Shown here: piece by piece, positions 19,745 to 29,383 of the stretch
How the letters are laid out: each line of letters opens with the position of its first letter
Position numbering within the stretch: position 1 is the stretch's first letter
Source of the DNA: Candidatus Omnitrophota bacterium
GTDB taxonomy: Bacteria > Ratteibacteria > UBA8468 > B48-G9 > DTJG01
Assembly (NCBI GenBank): GCA_023818965.1
Contig: JAMWCD010000003.1
Coordinates: 126,533 to 190,532 of the forward strand
DNA: 64,000 nt
Direction of reading: 5' to 3'
The notes under the pieces: generated by a model
Told to the model about the DNA's origin: nothing
The model's database searches: none
What the model saw: only the letters and a program-made list of their open reading frames with translations
Translations under genes and position numbers: made by a program

Positions 19745-19809
19745 TTTGCCTCCTTGGTTGTTTGTGATTATAATATGAATGGGAAAAAATTTCAATAGTT
19801 TCCATAAAA

Positions 19810-19818
19810 TGGTAAAAT
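19810..19818 (+). promoter_or_regulatory. extended -10 box TGGTAAAAT, 8 nt upstream of the GGDEF gene ATG
   Basis: TGG 19810-19812, TAAAAT 19813-19818, ATG 19827. An in-frame TAG at 19818-19820 fixes the start. Confidence 0.45.
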
Positions 19819-19826
19819 AGTGGTGT

Positions 19827-20834
19827 ATGAATAAAATACTGGAAAAAAAATTTAACAAGATTAACCAGAAAAACATTACTTCAGCCCTTCTATTACTCCA
19901 CAGAAAGGTTGTTAAAGACCTCAAACAAGAACATATTTTCAAAAAAGTTGCATCAACAATCAGATCCTTTGTAAAAAGTGATGGTTGTGCCATATTAATG
20001 ATTGATAATGGAAAAATTGATGTCGTTGCCAGGTATGGATTTTTAAAAAATTTGAAAAAGGTTAAGTTCAGTATGTTAATGAAGCCCATCAGATATATTT
20101 TAAAAACAGGAAAAAGCATTATTTCTCAAGATGTCCCCAACTCTCCATTCAAAAGTTGTATACCTGAGGGATGTTCAATGAATTCCTTAATTTGCGTGCC
20201 TGTAAAAACAAACGGAAAAATAACAAGTATTATACATCTTGATTCAAAAGAAAAAAATGCCTTTACAAAGGAAGATGTAAATTTTGTTAAGCTTATCGCA
20301 TCTGAACTTTCTTCAATTATTGAAAGAAGTTTTCTTTATTCAAAGATTGAACAACTTTCAATCAAAGACCAGTTAACAGGTTGTTATAATAGAAGACACA
20401 TATATTTTGACATTAAAAAGGAAATTGCACGGTGCAAAAGATACAGTAAAAATTTTTCAATCATTGTAATGGATTTTGACAATTTTAAAAAATTCAATGA
20501 TACCTTTGGACACTTAAAGGGAGATTACCTGTTAAAAAACATGATTGAAAAGATACGAAAAAGTTTAAGAAAATCAGATGTTATTTATAGATATGGTGGT
20601 GATGAATTTGTGTTGCTTCTTCCAGAAACAAATAAAGAAGGTGCAATGGTATGCGCGAAAAGATTAGAAGAAATCGTTGACAAAGCTAATAAAAAAATAG
20701 ATAAGAAAACAAAAATTACTTTGAGTACTGGTTGTGCAGGATATCCTGAAGACGGGGATACGCCTTCAAAACTAATAAAAGTGGCTGATAAAAATATGTA
20801 TAAAAATAAACTTGCCAGGAAAGCCAGCCGTTAA
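19827..20834 (+). CDS. GAF domain-containing diguanylate cyclase (GGDEF)
   Basis: N-terminal GAF-like region. GCYNRRH, FGHLKGDYLLK and RYGGDEF. RKSD (RxxD I-site) lies exactly 5 residues before GGDEF. Confidence 0.85.
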   Translation: MNKILEKKFNKINQKNITSALLLLHRKVVKDLKQEHIFKKVASTIRSFVKSDGCAILMIDNGKIDVVARYGFLKNLKKVKFSMLMKPIRYILKTGKSIISQDVPNSPFKSCIPEGCSMNSLICVPVKTNGKITSIIHLDSKEKNAFTKEDVNFVKLIASELSSIIERSFLYSKIEQLSIKDQLTGCYNRRHIYFDIKKEIARCKRYSKNFSIIVMDFDNFKKFNDTFGHLKGDYLLKNMIEKIRKSLRKSDVIYRYGGDEFVLLLPETNKEGAMVCAKRLEEIVDKANKKIDKKTKITLSTGCAGYPEDGDTPSKLIKVADKNMYKNKLARKASR

Positions 20835-21763
20835 CGTTTTTCACATTCCCTGATTTTTCTAAGAACTTTTTCATGAAGAACTTCGTTTGTTGAAACAACA
20901 ACATCCAGCACTGTCTTCACATTATCACTGCATACAACCTTGTTACCATTGAAATCAGTAACAATCACCTCTGCCTGTTCTGCAACAAAGATTCCTGAGA
21001 ACACATCAACAAATGGCTGTTTCATGGCAAAATAAACATCTATCTTACCTTCAGCCACATCAACAAAACCATAAGGACCACCATTGGGTAAAAAGAACTT
21101 AAAGGGCAGCAAAAGTTCCCTGTATTTATCAACTAATGGAATTAAAAATTTTTTCGGTTTCATTGCATATGATTCTATACTTGCTCCATCCATTTCAGTA
21201 ACATCAGGTCTTCCCATGGACTGCCTGTATTTTTTATCAAGTTTCACCTCTCTAACAATCTTTTCTCCTTCAATGTCAGCAAGGTATGCCCCATTTTTAC
21301 ATGCATAGGCAATTTTTCTGCTCACACAATCGCCAACACAACAGCAAACAGGATTGAAGTGGCTATCATAAAAGGCAATCGAACTGTACCAGAAATCCCT
21401 GACACCATGTTTAAAAAGATAACTTCCATCAAAGGGATCGCAAACAACATAAAAGGGTTCTCCTGGTTTGTCAGTATTAATTTCAACTCTTCCTGCTTCT
21501 TCAGAAAGAAGTATTACAGGAATACCCCATTGCTCTAATCTTTTTCTATATCCATTCTCTGTATCCTTATCAACCCTGAGAATATCAGGATCCCAGCTTT
21601 TATATTCGCCGAGTCGTTTTTCTACCTCTTCCCATCCAATGTTCTTATCACTCAATTCTTTCACTGTATCAAGTGCTTCTGCAACCATTGCAAGATTGTA
21701 TGCAAGAATTTCGTCTTTTGCTGAAAAATTCTCAAGTCGTTTTTTAAATAGTTTATCAGACAT
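20831..21763 (-). CDS. inositol monophosphatase / FBPase superfamily protein
   Basis: LLSEEAG metal-binding EE, VVCDPFDGSYLF (DPxDG[ST]) and C-terminal DVFSGIFVAEQAEVIVTDFNG (WDxAAG-like). Confidence 0.6.
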   Translation of the reverse strand: MSDKLFKKRLENFSAKDEILAYNLAMVAEALDTVKELSDKNIGWEEVEKRLGEYKSWDPDILRVDKDTENGYRKRLEQWGIPVILLSEEAGRVEINTDKPGEPFYVVCDPFDGSYLFKHGVRDFWYSSIAFYDSHFNPVCCCVGDCVSRKIAYACKNGAYLADIEGEKIVREVKLDKKYRQSMGRPDVTEMDGASIESYAMKPKKFLIPLVDKYRELLLPFKFFLPNGGPYGFVDVAEGKIDVYFAMKQPFVDVFSGIFVAEQAEVIVTDFNGNKVVCSDNVKTVLDVVVSTNEVLHEKVLRKIRECEKR

Positions 21764-21851
21764 ATTTCCTCCTTATCGTTTTTAATCAAATAAATTAAAA
21801 CATAGATCTTTTAACCTGGCAATTTTTGCCCTTCCTTAATTCCCCTTTCGG

Positions 21852-23048
21852 TTACTCATACTGACATATTTCAGGACTGTCTGGATATACTCCGCCTTCA
21901 TCAGCACTTTTTCTCTGCCATAATAGAAATTTTTTCTTTTCAAAAAAGGTACAACGTGTCATCAATGTATAGTCAGTAAGTCCCTGCTGTGGATGAAGTT
22001 TCAATGCATCTTTTCTTAAACCAGAAGGATATGGGGCAATAAACAATTTTATAATATCATCTGATTTTGGTTTATTTCCCAGATTTCTTAAATTTTCCCT
22101 TAACATTATTTCGAGTTTATCACACACATTCCAGAAACAGGCATCAGGACCATCACCTGGAAGATTAAACAGTTTCATGTATTCTGTCCTTTTTTCCTTT
22201 TGATATTTTGCCTGTGGTGAAGATGGGTCTCTGCAAACCATTCCACTAACATGCACAGAACCTGTTAATTCATCCTGTTGAAATAATTCAAAGAAATTTC
22301 TACTACATTTTTCAATTGCTACCGCATTGTATTTTCTATCAAATATAATAATGTTGCATCCGCCCCAGAACATTGAATATTTTTTCAAAAATTCAACTGC
22401 TGAAAATGTATCATACGCATACATATTTACCATCTGCAATACTGGAAGAGGAAATATCTCTTCTGGTTCATCATCAATATGAAGCCCAGAACCAACTCCA
22501 TCAATGATAAATCTTTTGTGATACCACCATGCTTTTGAAATATGTGCTTTTTCTGGTAATGCTGGGGATGGTTTCCAGTAAGTAATCGGGTCATCAACAT
22601 TTTTAATATGCATAGGACCATGATCTGTTTCTACAATAAATACTGTTCTACATTTTTCATCATTTTTTGTCTTTTTAATTCCGAATTGCTTGTATCCGCG
22701 AAATGTTAAATAGTCATTGGTACTTCTCAAAATGGCAATATCCTGCTTACTCAGGTTTGCAAGTTCCATCAGTTTTTTATCCCTTGTAAGCACATAATCA
22801 ACCCATATCTTTGCCTCAGGAAATTTTGTAAAAGAAGGGATTCGGCTTATTGCCTCATCATAATATTTAACAACTTCAGAAATCAACTGTGCCTTATTAA
22901 TCCAAGGTGCATCAGCAATAATTCTCTCAATACCTGATTCAAGATAATAGTGTCTGTCTGAATTAATCAGTTGTGCATAAATATTCGCTTCCTTCAATGG
23001 ATCAGGTGCTTCAGACGTGAAACTACTGTCTTTCAAATCATCCCACAT
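21852..23048 (-). CDS. hypothetical protein, 398 aa; weak resemblance to C45 Ntn-hydrolase / acyltransferase family
   Basis: No signal peptide. KCRTVFIVETDHGPMHIKNVDDP about 130 aa from the N-terminus could be an autoprocessing Cys nucleophile. This is a tentative pattern match only. Confidence 0.25.
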   Translation of the reverse strand: MWDDLKDSSFTSEAPDPLKEANIYAQLINSDRHYYLESGIERIIADAPWINKAQLISEVVKYYDEAISRIPSFTKFPEAKIWVDYVLTRDKKLMELANLSKQDIAILRSTNDYLTFRGYKQFGIKKTKNDEKCRTVFIVETDHGPMHIKNVDDPITYWKPSPALPEKAHISKAWWYHKRFIIDGVGSGLHIDDEPEEIFPLPVLQMVNMYAYDTFSAVEFLKKYSMFWGGCNIIIFDRKYNAVAIEKCSRNFFELFQQDELTGSVHVSGMVCRDPSSPQAKYQKEKRTEYMKLFNLPGDGPDACFWNVCDKLEIMLRENLRNLGNKPKSDDIIKLFIAPYPSGLRKDALKLHPQQGLTDYTLMTRCTFFEKKKFLLWQRKSADEGGVYPDSPEICQYE

Positions 23049-23061
23049 TGAATCTCCTTTT

Positions 23062-26034
23062 TTATCTTATTACGATTGCGTCAGCAATATCAATTTCAAA
23101 GGAAATCTCTGTTTTTCCTTTTGATACTTTGACTGCCTTTATCTGTCTACCACTTGCAAGTGAAATTTTCCTTCCCTGAAGATCCATGTTAATCTCAACT
23201 GAAATATCAGAAACCTTTTTATTGCTCCAGTTTATCACTGGTATCACCATTCCATTTTTTGATTGTATAACAGTTGTCTCAATAAATCCTATAGGATCCT
23301 CATTGTTTTTTACAAAGGTGGTTGGTTTACCTGAATAAGCCATTGTTATCAAACCTCTTAAATTTTGTTCAAAGTCAACAGGTAAAAGATGAGCCATGGC
23401 ATCATCTGTGGAACCCCTGTCTACTGGTTTCAATGGAATTGCTGGTTTGAAATAACTCAGTCCCAAAAGAAATGCACAGTAGATAATCTTACCCTTTCCT
23501 TTTTGAATTGAAACAATGGCAGGTGAGCCATCAGAAAATCTACCAATTATGTCTCCTGAAACAGGTTTAATCTTTGCCTTTGCTCCAAAAACAGGAATAG
23601 AAACTTTAATACCATTGATTTCTACGATTTCATCAATGGGTTTCGCAAAAGGAAGGTCCTGTTTTATGTAATTAATTGAATTGTCTTCCACAATTTCTAA
23701 TGGCTCAAAACCAATCAATTGCTTCATCACATCATTTCTTCTGTTGTATTCATCAAACATACCTGAACCTGCTGTGAGAAACAATGTTCCACCACTATTA
23801 ACCCACTGTTCAATTTTCTTTGAAGTAGATACTGAAACATGTTTATCAGTAATGAAAATTGTTTTGTATTTGTTAATTGTTCCATCAAGTGCATCCTGTT
23901 CAACAATAAAATCAAGCGGAATTTGATTGTTTCGTATCATAATATAAAGAGCTCTTTTTGCAGCAGCAAAAGAACCTTTATTATCATCCCATATATCTGC
24001 TGTTTCACTGAACCATAGCCCACAATCTGCCTGCCTTATTTCTCCTTCCTGAATAATATCTTCAAACAATCCGTATTCTCTGAAACTTTTCAATACCATC
24101 GCAAACATATCCTTGCTTGAAACATGGTTTTCAGTGTATGCCATATAAACAGGATGAAATTCAAAAAGATTGATAATCTTCATCCCATGTGCAAGTGCTC
24201 CATAAAACTGTCTTTTCCACATATTCGGCGTATTTCCAGGCCAGTGTGGCATCACATAATAATGTATTTTTCTACCAGGCTTTCCTCTTATACCTGCTCT
24301 GAACAAATCAAGATTTATTTCATTCATCTGCGGACTTCCAACAGGTACCTGCCAGATATAATCTTCTGACCATGGCATCGTAAGACCATCATCCCTGAAG
24401 CAGTTAACCCATTGAAAAATTTCACCAAGATAAGCGTGAGCATAACCTCCATGAGGAGAAAAATTTGCACCTATACCTGCATTCGGTAAATATTTTCTCA
24501 ACACATCAGTAAGTTTTTTTATTGTTTGAATTCCATAATAATGCTGGTATTTTTTTGACCAGTAATATAGCGCAGGATTTGTATCCTTTATTTTTGGGTC
24601 AGGATTGTAAGAAATATTATCCCAGTTCCCTGTAGCGTCAATATCTTCTGGTTTTACCATCTGTCCTTTAAGATAATCTACAAATCCTTCTTTTGCTTCT
24701 TTTGGATTCGGTGAAGGTAGTCCGATTTCATCTCCCAAACTTACAACCCTGATATTTTCTCTCTCGTTTTGTGTTAAATTTTTGCAGATTGTTTCAAGTT
24801 GCTCTGGAGTTTTTCCTCTCCAGTCAACGCCGATACCTGGTTTTGTTGTAAGACCAAAGAGTGCTGGAAACTCCTTTATTCCTGTTGTTGCAAAAATTAA
24901 TGTCTTTTCAGGTGTTTTCCCATATGTACTGATTTTCTTTAAATAATCAACAATTTCTGCTGTTGCTTCTTCTGGTATCTGAATCTTTTTACTGTATCTT
25001 GTATCAGCAAAACCAACAAGTTCAAGATTACCTGGATTGTTTAAAGAAAATTGCCTGATTTTTTCAATTGTTCCAGAGGCATTCATCACCCCAAATTCTA
25101 TTTCACATTTTCCGCTTGCTGAAAATCCCCATTGACCATCATTTAATGTATCCATTGTTGAACCGACCTCAATCCATTCAGTTGTTTGTCCTGGTTCAAC
25201 AGAAATATTAATACCTTTCCAGTTCCTTAAATGAACCCAGTAGGGAGAATGTTGCTGGAACGGTCCTCCTGTAAATGATAAACTTTTAATATTCAATTTT
25301 TCATTCCCTGTATTTCTCACCTTCATCCATACATCGCCTGCCTGAGTTAACCATCCATCAAGAGGTAGATAACCCTCTTTCTGGATTCTCATTTTCACCT
25401 GTTCAATATCTGCTGTCAGCATAATAATATCAACATTTCTTTTTGCGGCTGGCTCGGGCTGTCTTCCTGCAATCAGTGAAATCTTTATAATACCTGGTTT
25501 TAAATGAACAAAAGTATCATGACCTTCCCAGACAATGTTTTCAACTGCTCCCCAATCCCAGGCGACCTCTTTCTGAAGTTTTTGCCCAAATGCCCATATT
25601 TTCAAATTTTCTCTTGCTCCATAAATCCTATCCATAAGAATTTTTTTATCCTGTTCAATCCTGATGCGAAACTGTGTCTCAAATCTATATGGTGCTTCGT
25701 ATCTTGCAAGAACAAGATAATCTCCCTCCTTATCAATCCTTGCATTGATTGTAGCAATTGATTCATCACACTCTTCAGGAGCAGATAAAAATGCTTTTCT
25801 TGAAAGAAAGGTATTGGCAAATGTTGCTGCAAAATAATTTTCTCCCCAGTTTTTTGCCTGCCAGAGACCTTTTTCAACCTTGAATTCTTCTGCCTCACAA
25901 AAAATTGTTCCATCAGGTGCAGGTATGACTGGTTCATTGTTACTTCTAAATTTCGCTGCAGGATGAACATCTGCAAAAAGTTTAATACCAGCCAGAAAAA
26001 TAAAAACAAAAATTAAAAATCCATTTTTTATCAT
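23062..26034 (-). CDS. large secreted protein (about 990 aa), putative glycoside hydrolase with GH42-like middle domain
   Basis: Signal peptide MIKNGFLIFVFIFLAGIKLFADV. CEAEEFKVEKGLW lectin-like N-domain. YKTIFITDKHVS...WVNSGGTLFLTAGSGMFDEY resembles the GATase-like trimerisation domain of GH42. Start set at ATG 26034, since ATGGAGGAAAAT provides the SD. Confidence 0.35.
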   Translation of the reverse strand: MIKNGFLIFVFIFLAGIKLFADVHPAAKFRSNNEPVIPAPDGTIFCEAEEFKVEKGLWQAKNWGENYFAATFANTFLSRKAFLSAPEECDESIATINARIDKEGDYLVLARYEAPYRFETQFRIRIEQDKKILMDRIYGARENLKIWAFGQKLQKEVAWDWGAVENIVWEGHDTFVHLKPGIIKISLIAGRQPEPAAKRNVDIIMLTADIEQVKMRIQKEGYLPLDGWLTQAGDVWMKVRNTGNEKLNIKSLSFTGGPFQQHSPYWVHLRNWKGINISVEPGQTTEWIEVGSTMDTLNDGQWGFSASGKCEIEFGVMNASGTIEKIRQFSLNNPGNLELVGFADTRYSKKIQIPEEATAEIVDYLKKISTYGKTPEKTLIFATTGIKEFPALFGLTTKPGIGVDWRGKTPEQLETICKNLTQNERENIRVVSLGDEIGLPSPNPKEAKEGFVDYLKGQMVKPEDIDATGNWDNISYNPDPKIKDTNPALYYWSKKYQHYYGIQTIKKLTDVLRKYLPNAGIGANFSPHGGYAHAYLGEIFQWVNCFRDDGLTMPWSEDYIWQVPVGSPQMNEINLDLFRAGIRGKPGRKIHYYVMPHWPGNTPNMWKRQFYGALAHGMKIINLFEFHPVYMAYTENHVSSKDMFAMVLKSFREYGLFEDIIQEGEIRQADCGLWFSETADIWDDNKGSFAAAKRALYIMIRNNQIPLDFIVEQDALDGTINKYKTIFITDKHVSVSTSKKIEQWVNSGGTLFLTAGSGMFDEYNRRNDVMKQLIGFEPLEIVEDNSINYIKQDLPFAKPIDEIVEINGIKVSIPVFGAKAKIKPVSGDIIGRFSDGSPAIVSIQKGKGKIIYCAFLLGLSYFKPAIPLKPVDRGSTDDAMAHLLPVDFEQNLRGLITMAYSGKPTTFVKNNEDPIGFIETTVIQSKNGMVIPVINWSNKKVSDISVEINMDLQGRKISLASGRQIKAVKVSKGKTEISFEIDIADAIVIR

Positions 26035-26047
26035 ATTTTCCTCCATG

Positions 26048-26932
26048 TTAACTGTTGTTTTGCCACATCCGTGAAAAATTCAACCACTGTTCAGGATATT
26101 TCAAAATATATTTTTCAAGATACTGTTTCCCCTTTTCAACCATTGCTAAAATATCCTTCTGGTCATCTCCACTTTCAGAAATTTCCATTGGTTCATCAAA
26201 TATTAACATATATTTTCCTTTTTTCTTTCTGATTAAAAACCCTGCAAGATAACCTGTCTTCCATTTCATTGCAAGAGTTGCTGGTCCCCTTGGCAAAAAT
26301 GTATCTTTACCCATAAATTTTACCTGAATCCCTTTTTCCGTAAATAACCTGTCTCCAAGAATTGCAATCACATTGTTTCTTTTGAATGCCTTGAAATATT
26401 CCTTTGGATTTGAGCCAGTAAGTATCACATGTATTCCCTTTGCCTGTCTCCTTCTAATAAAAATCTTTGCAATTTTTTCATTCTTAAAAGGTAGTGCAAC
26501 TGCTGAAAGATTATATCCGAGTAAACTTGTTACAACCCCTGCAAGCTCCCAGTTTCCAAGATGTGCGGTAAGAACAACTGCGCCCCTTGACTGTGATAAT
26601 GCCTGCTGCAAATAATGAATATTGACAATCTCAACCCTTTCTTTTACCCATTCCTTATTCCATCGTGGAATCTGAAAAAATTCAACCATATACATCCCAA
26701 AATTTTTATACACCTGTTTGACTGTTTTTTTTAGAATTTTTTCATTAAATGTGTAATTTTCGCATTTTGATTTATAAAGAAGAACCTGTCTCAAATTTTC
26801 TGTAATGATTTTCCTTAATCCCGGAGAGCAATAATATCTCAATTCAGCGATAACATTTCCAATAAAATACGCAAGCCATTCAGGGAGATGAATACCAAGG
26901 AAACAAAAAAACCTGTAAAGCAAATATTCCAT
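26048..26932 (-). CDS. LpxL/HtrB-type lipid A (lysophospholipid) acyltransferase
   Basis: AHLGNWELAG (HX4-type acyltransferase motif typical of the LpxL family) and an N-terminal hydrophobic anchor. Confidence 0.7.
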   Translation of the reverse strand: MEYLLYRFFCFLGIHLPEWLAYFIGNVIAELRYYCSPGLRKIITENLRQVLLYKSKCENYTFNEKILKKTVKQVYKNFGMYMVEFFQIPRWNKEWVKERVEIVNIHYLQQALSQSRGAVVLTAHLGNWELAGVVTSLLGYNLSAVALPFKNEKIAKIFIRRRQAKGIHVILTGSNPKEYFKAFKRNNVIAILGDRLFTEKGIQVKFMGKDTFLPRGPATLAMKWKTGYLAGFLIRKKKGKYMLIFDEPMEISESGDDQKDILAMVEKGKQYLEKYILKYPEQWLNFSRMWQNNS

Positions 26933-26942
26933 AGGGTATTGT

Positions 26943-27536
26943 TTATGTCTTTAACCTATTTTCAATTGATTTTCTCAGTGTCTCAGGGTCAATGTATTCA
27001 ATTTCAGCGCCTACAGGAATTCCTGTGGCAAGACGGCTTACATTGGGATGCTTGTTTTTCAATATTTTCATCAAATACATTGCAGTTGTTTCACCTTCTG
27101 GTGTTGCATTTGTTGCAATAATGATTTCATCAAATCTTTCTTTTTCTATTCTTTCGAGAAGATGATTGATGGATAAATTTTCTGGACCAATTTTTTCAAG
27201 AAAATTAATTTTTCCTCCAAGGACGTGGTATCTACCGCGAAATCCTGCCTTTTCAAGAGCAATAACATCCTTATATTGTTCGACAATGGCTATCTTTTTT
27301 TCTCTTGCGGGATCACTGCAAACCTGGCAAATCTCCTGGTCAGAGATTGCCAGACAATATTTACATTTTTTGATGTCTTTTTTCAGTTTTTTCAAATTTT
27401 CAGCAAGAGTCAAAAGTTCAGTTTCGTCCATTTCCAGCAGATACTCAACAATTCTTTCTGCACTTTTTGAACCTATGCCTGGCAATTTTTTAAATTGTTC
27501 AATAATTGCCTTTATTATAGAAGGGTATATTTCCAT
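26943..27536 (-). CDS. recR: recombination protein RecR
   Basis: LPGIGSKSAERI helix-hairpin-helix, CKYC...CQVC zinc finger and Toprim IIATNATPEGETTAMY. Confidence 0.95.
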   Translation of the reverse strand: MEIYPSIIKAIIEQFKKLPGIGSKSAERIVEYLLEMDETELLTLAENLKKLKKDIKKCKYCLAISDQEICQVCSDPAREKKIAIVEQYKDVIALEKAGFRGRYHVLGGKINFLEKIGPENLSINHLLERIEKERFDEIIIATNATPEGETTAMYLMKILKNKHPNVSRLATGIPVGAEIEYIDPETLRKSIENRLKT

Positions 27537-27844
27537 CAGAATGGCAAATTTCCGAAGTCTCCAAGAAGATTTTTTGTCTCTTCCTGAATAATTTTTTCAA
27601 TTTCCTTTTGTGCTTTCTGCCATGTTTGAAGAAGAAGTTTTTCAAGTTTAAGTTTGTTCTCAGCGAAAAGCAGTTCAGGAGCAATATCAATTGCCAGCAA
27701 TTCCATTTTCCCGTTGAGTTTCATCCTTATTTTTCCATCAGGAGAAGAGACCTCACAAACCTTGCTTTCAAGAATTTTTTGAAACTTCCCTGCCTGCTTT
27801 CTTATCTGCGTTGCCTGCTTTAACATCTCAAACATATTAACCAT
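27536..27844 (-). CDS. ybaB: YbaB/EbfC nucleoid-associated protein
   Basis: About 100 aa with MFEMLKQATQIRKQAGKFQKIL, in the conserved dnaX-ybaB-recR position. Confidence 0.9.
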   Translation of the reverse strand: MVNMFEMLKQATQIRKQAGKFQKILESKVCEVSSPDGKIRMKLNGKMELLAIDIAPELLFAENKLKLEKLLLQTWQKAQKEIEKIIQEETKNLLGDFGNLPF

Positions 27845-29383
27845 TTAGTCCTCCGTTTCGACAATTTCACCGCCACCCATAAATTCAATTATTTCTTTCA
27901 CTTCTGATCTTTGTTTCAATGGAATTTTTTTTTCAGATGCTGATACAGCGCAATTGATAGTATAATTGCTACCGAAGATTTTTTCAAGTACTTTTTCTAC
28001 AACCGTTTTGTTTTCCATTACCCGCTGACAGAGAAATGAATAATTTTCTCCAAACACCACGTGCAAACATTTATTTTCACATTTCACAGGTCTTCCTTCC
28101 CTCAGGGCAGCATATAATAATGGTTTACTTTTCTTAATCTTAAGAAGAATTTCATCCCAGTTCTGAATTATCGTAGTAAAATCATCTCCACCTTCAGGCA
28201 CTGAGATAGCAATGTTTTTTTCAATGGCGGGTATTTCTTTTTGTTCAACATTATCAATATTTTTTTCAACCGGTTTTTCTTTTTCTTTCAAAGGCATTTT
28301 AAGCAATTCTACCAGTTTGAAACAAAGCAATTCTGCAAGAACCAGTTCGAGGGGTTCATAACGAATTTTTTCTTTTGTTTCCATCACAGATTCAAGCGCC
28401 TTAACAATTTTATCAACGTCAATATCTTTAAAAAAATCAAAATACTGTCGGTCTATTTCTTCATCAAAGATATTAATTCCATAGTGATTCCATATGACAA
28501 GTTGCATTTTTCTTGCCATCATACCAAGAAGATTTGTAATGTCCTTGCCCTCTGAAACAATCCTGTGCAATGTCAAAATTACTTCCTTTATATCTCCACC
28601 AACAATGATTTTCAGAAATTCCCACACTGTTTCGCCTGATGTTAAACCAAGAACCTGTGAAGCAAGTTTCAAATCAATACTGTTGCCATCTGCCAGTACC
28701 ATCATCTGGTCAAGATACCCGAGGATATCCCTGAAAGAACCTGAACCTGCTTCAATAAGTTTTTTCATTGCCTGCTGCTGGATAGAAAATCCTTCATTTT
28801 CAACAATTTTTTTTATCATCCCTGAAATTTCTTCAAAACTCAATGGTTTAAATTCATACCTCTGGCATCTTGATACAATGGTAGCAGGAATTTTTTCAGG
28901 CGCTGTTGTGGCAAAAATAAATTTAACATACTCTGGAGGTTCTTCAAGTGTTTTCAAAAGCGCATTGAATGCCTCATTTGTGAGCATGTGAACCTCATCA
29001 ATGAGATAAATTTTATATCGGGCTTTTGCGGGTTGAAGAGAAACTGCTTCCCTTAATGCTCTGATTTCTTCTATTCCACGGTTGGAGGCACCATCAATCT
29101 CGAGAAAATCCATTGATGTGCCATCAGAAATTTCCTTACAGAAAATACATTTGTTGCACGGTTCAATTGCGGGTCCATCAATACAGTTTAATGCCCTTGC
29201 AAAAATCCTTGCAATTGTTGTTTTTCCCACGCCCCTTGGACCAGCGAATAAGAAAGCATGTGGAATTCTTTTACTTAATATTGCCTGCTGAAGTTTTTTT
29301 ACAACTATCTGTTGACCGGCAACTTCGCTGAATAACCTGGGTCTGTATTTACGCGCAAGAACCTGATAAAGTTCTTTTTCCAT
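27845..29383 (-). CDS. dnaX: DNA polymerase III subunit gamma/tau
   Basis: LARKYRPRLFSEVAGQ, GPRGVGKTT, Zn-module CIDGPAIEPCNKCIFC and SRCQRYEF. Confidence 0.95.
   Translation of the reverse strand: MEKELYQVLARKYRPRLFSEVAGQQIVVKKLQQAILSKRIPHAFLFAGPRGVGKTTIARIFARALNCIDGPAIEPCNKCIFCKEISDGTSMDFLEIDGASNRGIEEIRALREAVSLQPAKARYKIYLIDEVHMLTNEAFNALLKTLEEPPEYVKFIFATTAPEKIPATIVSRCQRYEFKPLSFEEISGMIKKIVENEGFSIQQQAMKKLIEAGSGSFRDILGYLDQMMVLADGNSIDLKLASQVLGLTSGETVWEFLKIIVGGDIKEVILTLHRIVSEGKDITNLLGMMARKMQLVIWNHYGINIFDEEIDRQYFDFFKDIDVDKIVKALESVMETKEKIRYEPLELVLAELLCFKLVELLKMPLKEKEKPVEKNIDNVEQKEIPAIEKNIAISVPEGGDDFTTIIQNWDEILLKIKKSKPLLYAALREGRPVKCENKCLHVVFGENYSFLCQRVMENKTVVEKVLEKIFGSNYTINCAVSASEKKIPLKQRSEVKEIIEFMGGGEIVETED

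Noticed and set aside
19745-20119. N-terminal 125 codons of the 436-aa track ORF 18809-20119.
   Set aside because: This part is hydrophobic and low-complexity, has no SD, and overlaps the GGDEF gene and its promoter. ATG 19744 has a perfect AAGGAGG SD and begins the recognisable protein.
25602-26009. 135-aa same-strand alternative-frame ORF inside the 990-aa secreted protein gene.
   Set aside because: It has no SD and no recognisable motif, and it is fully nested in a gene with coherent domain structure. This is most simply a chance open frame.
27925-27933. T9/A9 homopolymer inside dnaX (and T8 tracts in other genes) as phase-variation switches.
   Set aside because: Homopolymeric A/T runs are frequent throughout this AT-rich sequence. 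This one encodes Lys-Lys in an essential gene, and nothing suggests contingency-locus behaviour.
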